DNA of 64,000 nt, taken from positions 6,712 through 70,711 of the forward strand of contig DAHUXD010000019.1 in the NCBI GenBank assembly GCA_027307335.1. Reading direction: 5' to 3'. Below the pieces are notes generated by a model. It was not told where the DNA came from and did not search any database. It worked only from the letters and a program-made list of their open reading frames with translations. Position numbers and translations under genes: made by a program. The stretch's first letter is position 1. Each line of letters starts with the position of its first letter. Positions 36,001 to 44,457 of this stretch are shown here, one piece after another. This DNA is from Acidobacteriota bacterium (GTDB lineage: Bacteria; Acidobacteriota; Thermoanaerobaculia; UBA5066; Gp7-AA6).

Positions 36001-37586
36001 ACCTTCCGGCGGCGTTTCTCGCGCCCGTCGACGACCCGCTCGGCGACGTGCTCTCGCGCTACGCGCGCACGCACGGGCCGTTCCGGACGGAGGACGCCGC
36101 GCGGCGCTTCGGGCTGCCGGAGACCGCGGTGCGGCGGACGCTCGCGGAGCTCGCCGCGCGCGGACGGGTCGTCGAGGGAGACTTCCTGCCCGGCGGGCGG
36201 ACGCGCGAGTGGTGCGAGGCCGGCGTGCTGCGGTCGATCAAGCGGCGGTCGCTCGCGCGGCTGCGCCGCGAGGTCGAGCCGGTCGAGCCCGCGGTCTTCG
36301 CGCGCTTCCTGCTCGACTGGCACGGCGTCCTCCGGCCGGCCGTCGGGGGCGATGCGCTGCGGATCGCCGCCGAGGGACTCCACGGCGCGGCCATGCCGGC
36401 GTCGGCGCTCGAAGCCGACGTCCTGCCGGCGCGCGTCATGGGCTATCTCCCCGGCGGCCTCGATCCTCTCCTCGCGGCCGGCGACCTCACCTGGCGCGGC
36501 GTCGAGCCGCTCGGGAAGGCCGACGGGCGGATCGCGATCTATGCCGCGGGCCGCGCGCCCGCGCGTCCGGGACCGGTCGACGACAGCGAAGCGGACGACG
36601 CGCCGGCGGCGGCGGTCCGGGACGCGCTCGCGCGGCGCGGCGCGCTCTTCTTTCCCGACCTGAGGACGGAGACCGGCGTCTTCGCCGGCGACCTCCTCGC
36701 CGCGCTCTGGCGGCTGGTCTGGCGCGGCGAGGTTACCAACGACACGCTCGCGCCGCTGCGCTCCCGGCTCGCCGCGGCCGCCGAGCCGCCGCGCGGCCGC
36801 CGCGGAGCGCCGAAGCGGGGAGGACCTCCGGGCGGCGAGGGCCGCTGGTGGCTCGTGCCGCCGGCGGAGCGCGGCGGCTCGAGCGACACGGCGCGGCTCG
36901 CGGAGCTCGCGAACGACCTGCTCGCCCGTCACGGCGTCGTGACGCGTGAAGCCGTCGCCGCCGAGGGAATCCCGGGCGGCTTCGGCTCGCTCTATCCCGT
37001 CTTCCGCGCGATGGAGGAGGGGGGCCGCGTGCGCCGGGGCTACTTCGTCGCCGGGCTCGGCGCCGCGCAGTTCGCGCTGCCGGGAGCGGCCGACCGGCTC
37101 CGGGCGGTGCGCGCGGAGCATGAGGAAACAACGACGGTCGTCCTCGCGGCGACCGATCCCGCGAATCCCTACGGGGCGGCTCTCCCGTGGCCGCCGGGCG
37201 GTCCCGCCCGCCCCCAGCGCGCGGCCGGTGCGCACGTGGTGATTCGCGACGGCGAGCTGGTCGCCTGGCTCGGCCGGGCCGAGACGAACCTTCTGACGTT
37301 CCTTCCCGCCGAGGAGCCGGGGCGCGCGGCGGCGGCGGCCGATCTCGCTCGCGCGCTCGCGGGTCTCGTGGAGTCGGGACGCAGGCGGGTCGTGCTCGTC
37401 GCGCGCGTGGACGGCGGCGACCCGGACGCCACGCCGCTCGCCGGGCGGCTCGTGGAGGCGGGATTCGTGCGCGGGAGCCGCGGCTACATGAAGCGCCGCG
37501 CCGCGCCGCCGGCCGGTTTGCCGCCCGCGGCCGCCCGAGCCTCGCGGGCTCCGGCGGGGCGGCGGATCCTCCGGCCGATGGGTTGA
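33060..37586 (+). CDS. lhr: Lhr-type large ATP-dependent helicase (DEAD/DEAH superfamily 2)
   Basis: Walker A (APTGSGKT), DEIH box, motif VI (QRIGRAGH), and total length of 1508 aa typical of Lhr. Confidence 0.85.
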   Translation: MSRDPLQSFHEAVREWFAETFAAATLAQAKGWPPIRRGESTLLLAPTGSGKTLAAFLAAIDRLMFTPEPERAARCRVVYVSPLKALAVDVERNLRGPIAGIAAVAARRGLPHRVPSVAMRTGDTPASERARLVRVPPDILITTPESLYLLLTSRARTTLAGVETVIVDEIHSVAGSKRGAHLFLSLERLEEARRADGPGPLQRIGLSATQRPLEEIARLLGGGRVVGRRGAWKPRPVTIVDTRVRKAFDLRVEVPVEDMARPGGAGEPASGERPSPESIWPSIYPRLVELVRAHRSTMIFANSRRLAERLAAAINETAGEELALAHHGSVAREQRQEIEERLKRGTLPAIVATSSLELGIDMGAVDLVVQIEAPPSVASGVQRIGRAGHSVGEVSRGIVFPKYRGDLVAAAAATARMKEGLVEETFYPRHPLDVLAQQIVAIASEGERDVESLYHLVRGAAPYADLPRNAFEGVLDMLSGRYPSDEFAELRPRVTWDRASGRIRAREGAQRIALVNAGTIPDRGLYGVFLAAEEGRRSRRVGELDEEMVFESSPGDVFVLGASSWRIDEISHDRVLVSPAPGVPGKTPFWHGDRPGRPTEFGRAIGALTRRLAAAPAPEAMRRLREEHGLDERAAANLVAYLAEQVRATGEVPSDRTLVVERYMDEIGDWRVCLLSPWGARVHAPWATAILARLRERTGADVEALWSDDGMVFRLPESSEPPEVSLFLPAGAEIEDLVVRSLGETSLFAARFRENAARALLLPRRHPGRRSPLWAQRKRAADLLAVASRYGSFPILLETYRECLRDVFDLPAAVDVLRRIAAKEIRVLTVDAARPSPFAASLLFSYVANFIYDGDAPLAERRAQALSVDQAQLRELLGEEELRELLDPDAIASLERSLQRLEGRRVRHADGVHDLLLALGDLTAAEVAERSDPPEAAAGWLEGLRTERRVFAAEIGGSTRFAAAEDAGRLREALGVSPPSDLPAAFLAPVDDPLGDVLSRYARTHGPFRTEDAARRFGLPETAVRRTLAELAARGRVVEGDFLPGGRTREWCEAGVLRSIKRRSLARLRREVEPVEPAVFARFLLDWHGVLRPAVGGDALRIAAEGLHGAAMPASALEADVLPARVMGYLPGGLDPLLAAGDLTWRGVEPLGKADGRIAIYAAGRAPARPGPVDDSEADDAPAAAVRDALARRGALFFPDLRTETGVFAGDLLAALWRLVWRGEVTNDTLAPLRSRLAAAAEPPRGRRGAPKRGGPPGGEGRWWLVPPAERGGSSDTARLAELANDLLARHGVVTREAVAAEGIPGGFGSLYPVFRAMEEGGRVRRGYFVAGLGAAQFALPGAADRLRAVRAEHEETTTVVLAATDPANPYGAALPWPPGGPARPQRAAGAHVVIRDGELVAWLGRAETNLLTFLPAEEPGRAAAAADLARALAGLVESGRRRVVLVARVDGGDPDATPLAGRLVEAGFVRGSRGYMKRRAAPPAGLPPAAARASRAPAGRRILRPMG

Positions 37587-37593
37587 GTCCGGG

Positions 37594-38064
37594 TTAGGGG
37601 TTGATCTGGACGGTCGTCGACGCGGTGGCGTCGCCGGGGTTGATGCCGTTGCCCGTCAGCTGTGCCTGGATCGCGACGCTCTGCGCGTTCGATCCCGCCG
37701 GCAGAGTTCCCATCAGGTTGACGTGCAGCGTGGACTGGCTGTTCGAGTCGAGCGTCCCGAGAATCCAGGTGACGGTGTTTCCGGAGACCGTCGCGCTCGT
37801 GCCGCTCGACGCATTGGTCGAGAGGATCGTCAGCGGCGCGGGAACCGCGACCGTGACCATGCCGTTCTGGACGTTGTTGATGCCGACGGCCGTGGCGGCG
37901 ACGTCGACGTCGAAGTTCTGACCCGACGCGACCGAGTTCGGGCCCGTCACCGTCACGTTGGCGAGCGATCCCGGCGCCGTCGTCGTGTCGCTGTGATGAC
38001 AGGCGGCGAGGGAACCGACAAACGCGCCCGCGAGGACAATGCGAGAAGTACCGGCGAGTGTCAT
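37594..38064 (-). CDS. DUF11-like lipoprotein
   Basis: GGAGG RBS, lipobox (SLAAC), and beta-rich repeats such as ANVTVTGPNSV. Confidence 0.55.
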   Translation of the reverse strand: MTLAGTSRIVLAGAFVGSLAACHHSDTTTAPGSLANVTVTGPNSVASGQNFDVDVAATAVGINNVQNGMVTVAVPAPLTILSTNASSGTSATVSGNTVTWILGTLDSNSQSTLHVNLMGTLPAGSNAQSVAIQAQLTGNGINPGDATASTTVQINP

Positions 38065-38172
38065 GAAACCTCCTTGAAAGCGGGCGCATGCCGCGCCCCT
38101 CGGTGCGAGGAGCAAGGCGGGTGCCATACGGGCACCGCTCTTGCTAGTCAGGTCCTCGGGAGGTTTGAAGTC

Positions 38173-38349
38173 ATGATCAAGTGGGCGTTGACGTTTCTCG
38201 TGGTCGGTCTGATCGCCGCCCTGCTCGGGTTCACCGGAATTGCGGGGGCCTCTTTCGCGATCGCGAAGGTGCTGGCCCTGATCTTCGCCGCACTCTTCCT
38301 CGTGTTCCTGCTGCTCGGTCTGGCGGGCGCGAGCCGCATCGCGACGTAG
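38173..38349 (+). CDS. DUF1328 small membrane protein
   Basis: Starts MIKWALTFLVVGLIAALLGFTGIAGAS. GGGAGG RBS upstream and a terminator downstream. Confidence 0.7.
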   Translation: MIKWALTFLVVGLIAALLGFTGIAGASFAIAKVLALIFAALFLVFLLLGLAGASRIAT

Positions 38350-38368
38350 CGGGTATTTTTCGAGGATC

Positions 38369-38410
38369 GAAACGGCCCTCCGGCGAAAGCCGGGGGGCCG
38401 TTTTCTTTCC
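38369..38410 (+). terminator. Rho-independent terminator
   Basis: AACGGCCCTCCGGC-GAAA-GCCGGGGGGCCGTT followed by TTTCTTTCC. Confidence 0.65.
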
Positions 38411-38962
38411 TGATGGCGAGGCAGAAGGGCGAAGCGAAGCGATCCGTTCGCGACCCTCGACGTCGCCGTTGCGGCGGCGCGGTTCCGAGGTCGAATCGGC
38501 CGCTCGGAGTCCGAGGCAAAAAAAAGAAGGGGTGCCGCCATGTCCGGGGTAGCAGACGCTGGCGGCACCGTGAAAGAGGGGATTTGGTGGTGCCCGCCGG
38601 AATGGAGAAGCAAACGGTCTGCCAAAGTGAGGCCACTCGGGCAGCCCTTTCGGCGTCAGACCCGTGGCGCGATTCTTGCTCCAAAGTGGGAACAAGGTTC
38701 TGTGGAAGACTCGAACCGTTCTCACCAACTGGCCCCACCCCAATCCGGACCCGCCCCTTCGGGGGCGGTAGTCCCTTTTCTGTAGCGCGAATCGCCCTCC
38801 GGCAGGACAGTCCCGCGGACGCGGTCCGCCTCCGGGACTCTCGAGCCCGTTTCGCCTCTGTGGCACGGACGATGCAATTTCGCAGTGGGACGACCCGCGC
38901 CGTGCTCGGCCCGTTCGCTCGGAGCCGCCCTGAAAGCGAGGAAAGACGATGACGGTCGCGCG

Positions 38963-40117
38963 ATGAGCGCCGAATCGAGAGTCCGCGCGGATAGCGAGGA
39001 CGCCCGGCCCGAGGTTCGCGCGCCTTCTTCCTGGCGGCTGGTCGCTCTGTCGACGAGCGCCCAGATCCTCCTCGCCCTCACGCTCCTCTTCGCGGGGCTG
39101 TGGATCCTCCACAAGATCGCGACCGTCCTGCTGCTGCTCGCGCTCGCGATCCTGTTCTCCTACATGGTCGCCCCGCTCGTCGCCTTATTCCGGCGGCCGA
39201 TCGGGTGGTTCGGCGGACGCTCGCTCGGACTCCTGCCGGCGATCTGGGCCGCGTACTTGAGCCTCACCGCGGTCGCGGCGCTCGCGATCTGGCTCGTGTG
39301 GCCCGCGCTCAATGCCCAGTTCGGCGAGCTTCGCGCCCAGCTTCCCGACTATGTCGTTCGCATCCAGACGAGCTGGAAGACCTGGAAAGCGGGTCAGACG
39401 CGGATGATGCCGCGCGGCGCGCGGGCGATGATCGAGGACCTCGTCGACCAGGCGTCGAGCGGCGCGATCGGCTACATCCACAAAGACCTGCTGCCGCGCG
39501 TCGCGGGCTGGCTGCTCGCGTTGCCGTGGCTGATCCTCGTTCCGATCTTCGCGTTCTTCTTCCTGAAGGACGCGGAGCTCTTTCGCCAGAGGGCGCTGAA
39601 GCTCCTGCTCGAACGCCGGCTCCGCTGGCGCGGCGATCTCTTCTTCGAGGAGGTCAGCCGCACCCTGGCGGCCTACATTCGGGCACTCGTTGCCGGCTGC
39701 CTCGTGGTCGCGACCCTCAGCACGGTCGGATTCCTCGCGATCGGAATTCCCTACCCGATGCTCTTCGGCGTGGCCGCGGGGCTCTTCGAGTTTCTGCCGC
39801 TCGTCGGACCGCTCGTGATCGCCCTGATCGTCGTCGCGGTCGCCGGGATGCAGGCGCTCTCGAAGGCCATCCTCGTCGCGGGCTTTCTGCTGCTCCTGCG
39901 GATCGCCGAGGATTACGTGATCTATCCGCGCCTCGTCGGGCGCGAGCTGCCTCTGCATCCCATGGCGGTGATCCTCGCGATCCTCTGCGGCGCGGAGCTC
40001 GGCGGCGTTGCGGGCGTCTTTCTCGCGGTGCCGACGCTCGCGATTCTCACGGTCGCGTTCCGGCACTGGCGCGCGCACCAGAACGCGGCGCCGCCGCCGA
40101 GACCCTCCGCGGCGTGA
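38963..40117 (+). CDS. AI-2E family transporter (PerM/YhhT-like)
   Basis: Eight TM segments with the conserved AI-2E architecture. Start chosen at MSAESRV. Confidence 0.7.
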   Translation: MSAESRVRADSEDARPEVRAPSSWRLVALSTSAQILLALTLLFAGLWILHKIATVLLLLALAILFSYMVAPLVALFRRPIGWFGGRSLGLLPAIWAAYLSLTAVAALAIWLVWPALNAQFGELRAQLPDYVVRIQTSWKTWKAGQTRMMPRGARAMIEDLVDQASSGAIGYIHKDLLPRVAGWLLALPWLILVPIFAFFFLKDAELFRQRALKLLLERRLRWRGDLFFEEVSRTLAAYIRALVAGCLVVATLSTVGFLAIGIPYPMLFGVAAGLFEFLPLVGPLVIALIVVAVAGMQALSKAILVAGFLLLLRIAEDYVIYPRLVGRELPLHPMAVILAILCGAELGGVAGVFLAVPTLAILTVAFRHWRAHQNAAPPPRPSAA

Positions 40118-40172
40118 GGCCGGGACGGGTCACTGGCATGTCACTTGCTGCGACAGCGCCCCGGAGGAAAAC

Positions 40173-40769
40173 ATGAACAGCCACGGTTCTCGCATGTTTC
40201 GATGCTTTGGAATTCTCTTTGCCGCGGCGGCGACGGCCGTGCTCGCGCAGAGCGATTCGTCGATGACGGATCGCAGCTCTGCCTCCACCTCGAGCAAGAG
40301 CATGACGACCTCGAAGACGAAGGGCGGCTCCGATCAGGCCTTCGTGCAGGAAGCCGGCGTCGGCGGGCTGGCCGAGGTGGAGATGGGACAGTTGGCGGTC
40401 CAGAAGGCCAAGGACGATCGCGTCCGCCAGTTCGGCCAGAAGATGATCGACGACCACTCCAGGGCGAACGAGCAGCTGAAGCAGGCCGCGTCGGAGGAGG
40501 GCCTCAACGTGCCGGCCACGCTCGACGAGAAGCACAAGCAGACGATGAATCGCCTGGAGAAGCTCTCGGGCGACGAGTTCGACGATGCGTACTCCAAGCT
40601 GATGGTCAAGGACCACAAGGAGGACGTGAGTCTCTTCGAAAAGCATTCGAACGAGGGTGGCTCCGCGGTCCAGAAGTTCGCGGCGGAGACCGTGCCCACG
40701 CTGAAGAACCACCTGCAGATGGCCGAGCAGCTCCCCTCGGGATCCCATTCGGGGAACTCCGTTCACTGA
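40173..40769 (+). CDS. DUF4142-domain secreted protein
   Basis: GGAGG RBS, a signal peptide, and a helical DUF4142 domain (QFGQKMIDDHSRANEQL... twice). Confidence 0.65.
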   Translation: MNSHGSRMFRCFGILFAAAATAVLAQSDSSMTDRSSASTSSKSMTTSKTKGGSDQAFVQEAGVGGLAEVEMGQLAVQKAKDDRVRQFGQKMIDDHSRANEQLKQAASEEGLNVPATLDEKHKQTMNRLEKLSGDEFDDAYSKLMVKDHKEDVSLFEKHSNEGGSAVQKFAAETVPTLKNHLQMAEQLPSGSHSGNSVH

Positions 40770-40852
40770 CCTTCGTTCGGGTCGTCTTGCGCCGGGACGG
40801 GTCGCCGCCGACGCCTCCGGACGCATCCGGGAAGAGAGGGGAGGAGAGTTCC

Positions 40853-41014
40853 ATGGGCAGGAAGAAGGCGTTCTATTGCCCCCGCTGCCGCCACCGCGAC
40901 GAGGAGACGGTGCCTTCCCGTCTGCGATGCCCCAAGTGCGGCTCGGCGATTCCGCAGCCCGACGACGGGCAGATCCTTGATCTCGGCGGACGCCGGCCGG
41001 CGCCGCACTTCTGA
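40853..41014 (+). CDS. Small zinc-ribbon protein
   Basis: GGAGGAG RBS and CPRC-x13-CPKC. Confidence 0.55.
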   Translation: MGRKKAFYCPRCRHRDEETVPSRLRCPKCGSAIPQPDDGQILDLGGRRPAPHF

Positions 41015-41026
41015 GATTCCCGGCCT

Positions 41027-41054
41027 CGAAGAATCAGAGGGCCGCGGCGATCGC
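41027..41054. terminator. Perfect 28-bp GC-rich palindrome between convergent genes (candidate bidirectional terminator)
   Basis: GAGGGCCGCGGCGATCGCCGCGGCCCTC. Confidence 0.4.
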
Positions 41055-41095
41055 CGCGGCCCTCGTCGTGAGCGGACATCGAAAAGGCGGCCGTC

Positions 41096-43408
41096 TCACT
41101 CCGGCCGCGGGGTCGGACGCGGAGTCGGACGGCGCCCGCGGTTCGGCGATGGCTGCGGGGGGTGCGCCTGGGCGCCGCGCGCTGGCGGGGCCTCCCGCAC
41201 CTCTCCCCGATTCGGCGTGGGCGGCACCCTTCCGGGAGGGGCCGACTCGCGCTCGGCGGCGGACCGCGGCGGCGCGGCCTCGCGCGCCTCGGGGTTCTCT
41301 CGTGCCGGCGGAGCGGCCTCCCGTTGCGGATGGACGCGCGACGGCGGCGTGGGCATCGGACTCCGCGGCGCGGCGTTCTCTCTCTGTCCCGCCGCGGGCG
41401 GACGGTCGTCGGGATGCAGATACGCCGGCGTCGGGCGCAACCCGCGCGGCGGCGCCTCGGCCGTCTCACGCTGCGGCTGCGGAGGGACCGCGGCCGGAGG
41501 CGCGCTCTCGCGATCGCGCCAGTTCGCGGGCGGCGTCGCTCTCGTGAAGGAGGGCGTCGGACGCAGGTCCTCGCGAGGCACCGCGAGCGCCGGCTCGTCC
41601 GGACGACGCCCCTCGAGAGCGGGCGCGGTCGGGCGGCCGAGCGGCGCGGACTGCGGACGCGCTTCGGCGCCCGTGTTCGGCCGCGTCTCCGCGCCGGGCT
41701 GAGGCCGCGCCGGCGCGGGCGTGGGACGGAGCGGCTGTGTCTCGCGCGCCGCGGCGGCGGGGGGTGCGCCCCGGCTCGCCGTCACCGGCTGGACCTGTTT
41801 CTGCCGCGCGGCGTTCGGCTGCGCCGGGGAGAGGCGAACGTTGCCGGCCTCGGCCGCGACGGAACGAACCGGGACGACCGACGCGGCCGCGTTCGGCACG
41901 AGACGTGCCGCGGCCGCCGGGGCGACGGGCGCCTTGTTCTCGCGGATCGTCGCGAGCTTCTGATCGAATCGCGGCGGCGCGGGCGGCGGCGCGGAGCGCG
42001 TCACGACGGAGCGCGACACGACCGCGGCGGGAGGTCGCGGCGCCGGAGCGGAACCGGGGCGCGCGGCCAGGCGCACCGACGACGCCGTCGGCAGAACCGG
42101 GACGCGTCCCGCGACGACCGGGGCGGCGGAGACCTGCCGCACGATCGCCGTCTCGCGAACGACGGCGGGCGCGACGAGATTCCCGGAGACGAAGGTGTTC
42201 TGGTTGACGACCGTCACGTACGTGCGATTGACGTACGTCACGTTGGTGACCTGCGTGACGTTGACCTGCGCGCGGCGCGGTCCCCACCACGGGACGAGCG
42301 GGTCGGCCGGCGCGAGCGGAAACCATCCGACGTAGGACGGCGCGGCCGTGACCGCGACGCCCACGCCGCCGAGGGGCCCGCCGACGAACGCGACGAGAGC
42401 CGGCGCGTAGGCGACGGTCGTGACCGCCGGCGCCACCGGCACCCAGTACCAGCGCGACGAGTAGGTCACCCACCGGCCGTAGTGATAGGGCGCCCAACCC
42501 CAGGGTTCGGTCGAGACCCACGTCCATCCCCACGGGTCCTGCCAGGTCCAGCGCCCGTCGCGATACGGCGCCCAGCCGGCCTCGACCGACGCCGGCGTCC
42601 ACACGTGTCCGTATCCGGGGACGTCGTCCCAGCGCCCGTAGGCGTCGAGGTCGGCCGCGCCGACGATGCCGGGGCTCACGTAGCGCACCGACGCCGCTCG
42701 GAGCTCGCGATCCTGGCGCGTGTCCGCCCAGCCGTCCCAGCGGTCGGGCGGGGGAGTCGCCACGACCTCGTAGCGCGGCGCGTCGGTGCCCTCGATCATG
42801 ATCGCCTCGCCGTCGCCGAGGGCCAGCTGACCCCCGCCCGCCGCCACCGTCGCGTCGCCGCGGCGGACGACGACGCGCGTCTGGCCCGACTCGTCGACGT
42901 CGACGCGGTAGCGTCCCGGCCGGTCGAACGTGACCGCCGCGTTCGGCGTGTCCACCTCGAAGATCTCGCCGGGCGCGAGCCGCGGCACCGCGAAGGAGGC
43001 GATGCCCGACTTGACGGCGAACTGCGATACCTGCTCGGTCAGGTTCAGCGTCGCGAGGTCGGTGCGCGCGCCGAGATCCACGAGCGCGCCGTGTTCGAGC
43101 TGGAGCTCGAGGCTGCCTTCGCCCGTGTAGACGCGATCGCCGATCGTCATCGGGACGTTGACGTCCGCGTCCTGCCACTCATCCGGGTCGTCGCCCCGCG
43201 CGAACGAGACGTTCCCGTTCAGGTACGAGATGCGCGCGACCGACTGGGAGATCCCGGAGTCGGCGGCGTCGTACGCGCCGGGCTGCTCGAGGGGATAGCC
43301 CTGCTGGGGCGGGTAGCCGGACTGCTGGGCGCCGAGCGGCAGCGCGAATCCTCCGAGCAGCCCGAGCAGGGTGCGGCGCCAGCGCCGCCAACGCCTTCCT
43401 CCGTTCAT
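41096..43408 (-). CDS. Secreted FecR-domain protein with a Trp/Tyr-rich region and a long Pro/Ala/Arg-rich tail
   Basis: Signal peptide, FecR-like sequence (ISYLNGNVSFARGDD), then WGWTWVSTEPWGWAPYHYGRWVTYSSRWYWVP. The C-terminal extent is uncertain because the frame runs on as low complexity. Confidence 0.55.
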   Translation of the reverse strand: MNGGRRWRRWRRTLLGLLGGFALPLGAQQSGYPPQQGYPLEQPGAYDAADSGISQSVARISYLNGNVSFARGDDPDEWQDADVNVPMTIGDRVYTGEGSLELQLEHGALVDLGARTDLATLNLTEQVSQFAVKSGIASFAVPRLAPGEIFEVDTPNAAVTFDRPGRYRVDVDESGQTRVVVRRGDATVAAGGGQLALGDGEAIMIEGTDAPRYEVVATPPPDRWDGWADTRQDRELRAASVRYVSPGIVGAADLDAYGRWDDVPGYGHVWTPASVEAGWAPYRDGRWTWQDPWGWTWVSTEPWGWAPYHYGRWVTYSSRWYWVPVAPAVTTVAYAPALVAFVGGPLGGVGVAVTAAPSYVGWFPLAPADPLVPWWGPRRAQVNVTQVTNVTYVNRTYVTVVNQNTFVSGNLVAPAVVRETAIVRQVSAAPVVAGRVPVLPTASSVRLAARPGSAPAPRPPAAVVSRSVVTRSAPPPAPPRFDQKLATIRENKAPVAPAAAARLVPNAAASVVPVRSVAAEAGNVRLSPAQPNAARQKQVQPVTASRGAPPAAAARETQPLRPTPAPARPQPGAETRPNTGAEARPQSAPLGRPTAPALEGRRPDEPALAVPREDLRPTPSFTRATPPANWRDRESAPPAAVPPQPQRETAEAPPRGLRPTPAYLHPDDRPPAAGQRENAAPRSPMPTPPSRVHPQREAAPPARENPEAREAAPPRSAAERESAPPGRVPPTPNRGEVREAPPARGAQAHPPQPSPNRGRRPTPRPTPRPE

Positions 43409-44151
43409 CGCGACCTCCCGGAGAGCGCGGGACCGCCGCCGGTGCGGACCGGGCCGGTGCGGTCGCCGCGGATCGTAATGTCGGTGTCGCCGCGGCGGCG
43501 CGCGAGGCGCGTCACGACGATCAGCACCGCGATGATGAAGCCCAGGACGAGGAGCCAGATCGACCGGGAAGCCGTGTGCGCATTCGCCGTCGCGGCATCG
43601 TTCACCACGACGGGGCGCTGTTCGGAAACGGGCTCCGGGGGAACCGCGGACTGGGCCGCCGCGGTGGACGTGCTCTGCGTCGTCGCGGGTTCGCCGGTCG
43701 TGCCGGGTCCCGACGTCGGCGGCTGCTGGTCGGCCGAGGTCGATCCGGCGGCGGCCGCCGCGGCCGCGCCCTGATCGGACTTGTCCGCGTCGGCCGATGG
43801 AGGCGCCGCCTTCGGCGTCTTCGCGCTGCGGCGGGCGCGGCGCGAAGCCGCGCTCTTGTCGGAGGAAGACGAGCGCGACGTCGAGGGCGCGGCCTCGGCC
43901 GGCGGATTCGCGTTCACCGGAGGCGCGGGAGCCACGCCGCTGTCCGGCGGGACCGGGACCGGCGCGGCGCTCGTGTCCGACGACGGGTTCGCCGCCGACG
44001 GATTCGGCGCCGGCGCCGGCGCGGCGGACGAAGTGGGCTGGCCGGTGACGCCGGGCGTCACCGGCGGCGGCGCGTTCTGATCCTGCGCCGCGGCATAACC
44101 CGCGAACGCCAGGGCGCTCGCGATGATCAGCGCTCGAGAGACAGTCTTCAC
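43405..44151 (-). CDS. Secreted Pro/Ala/Ser-rich protein with a C-terminal TM anchor
   Basis: AAGGAGG RBS 6 nt before the GTG start. Has a signal peptide (KTVSRALIIASALAFAGYAAAQ) and a C-terminal IWLLVLGFIIAVLIVV helix. Its stop overlaps the downstream start (ATGA). Confidence 0.5.
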   Translation of the reverse strand: MKTVSRALIIASALAFAGYAAAQDQNAPPPVTPGVTGQPTSSAAPAPAPNPSAANPSSDTSAAPVPVPPDSGVAPAPPVNANPPAEAAPSTSRSSSSDKSAASRRARRSAKTPKAAPPSADADKSDQGAAAAAAAGSTSADQQPPTSGPGTTGEPATTQSTSTAAAQSAVPPEPVSEQRPVVVNDAATANAHTASRSIWLLVLGFIIAVLIVVTRLARRRGDTDITIRGDRTGPVRTGGGPALSGRSR

Positions 44152-44457
44152 GGTAAGCCTCCTTGTTCGTTGGTCGTCAGCGGCGCGAGAGCCGCGCACC
44201 CGACGAACATGAAAGGAGCATGTTCCGTGCCATTTTCGGAGACTCGCCGTTTCGCGACGGCACAAGGACTTGCAGATGCCGCGCGCGCTTCCGACTCGGC
44301 GTCTTCTCGACACGCGTCCTCGCGAAGCGACGCGCCGGCCTCGAGAAAGAACGACGGTTTCGACTAGGAGGGCTTCCGGACTCCCGCCCGGGAGGAGCTT
44401 CCGGTGCCGTTCGGCGCCGCGTTCGGCGGCGGCTCGACGCGCACCGTCTGGCCGCGC

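Noticed and set aside
33045-37235. 1396-aa minus-strand ORF antisense to lhr
   Set aside because: The plus strand encodes a complete Lhr helicase with all motifs, and the antisense translation is Arg-rich low complexity.
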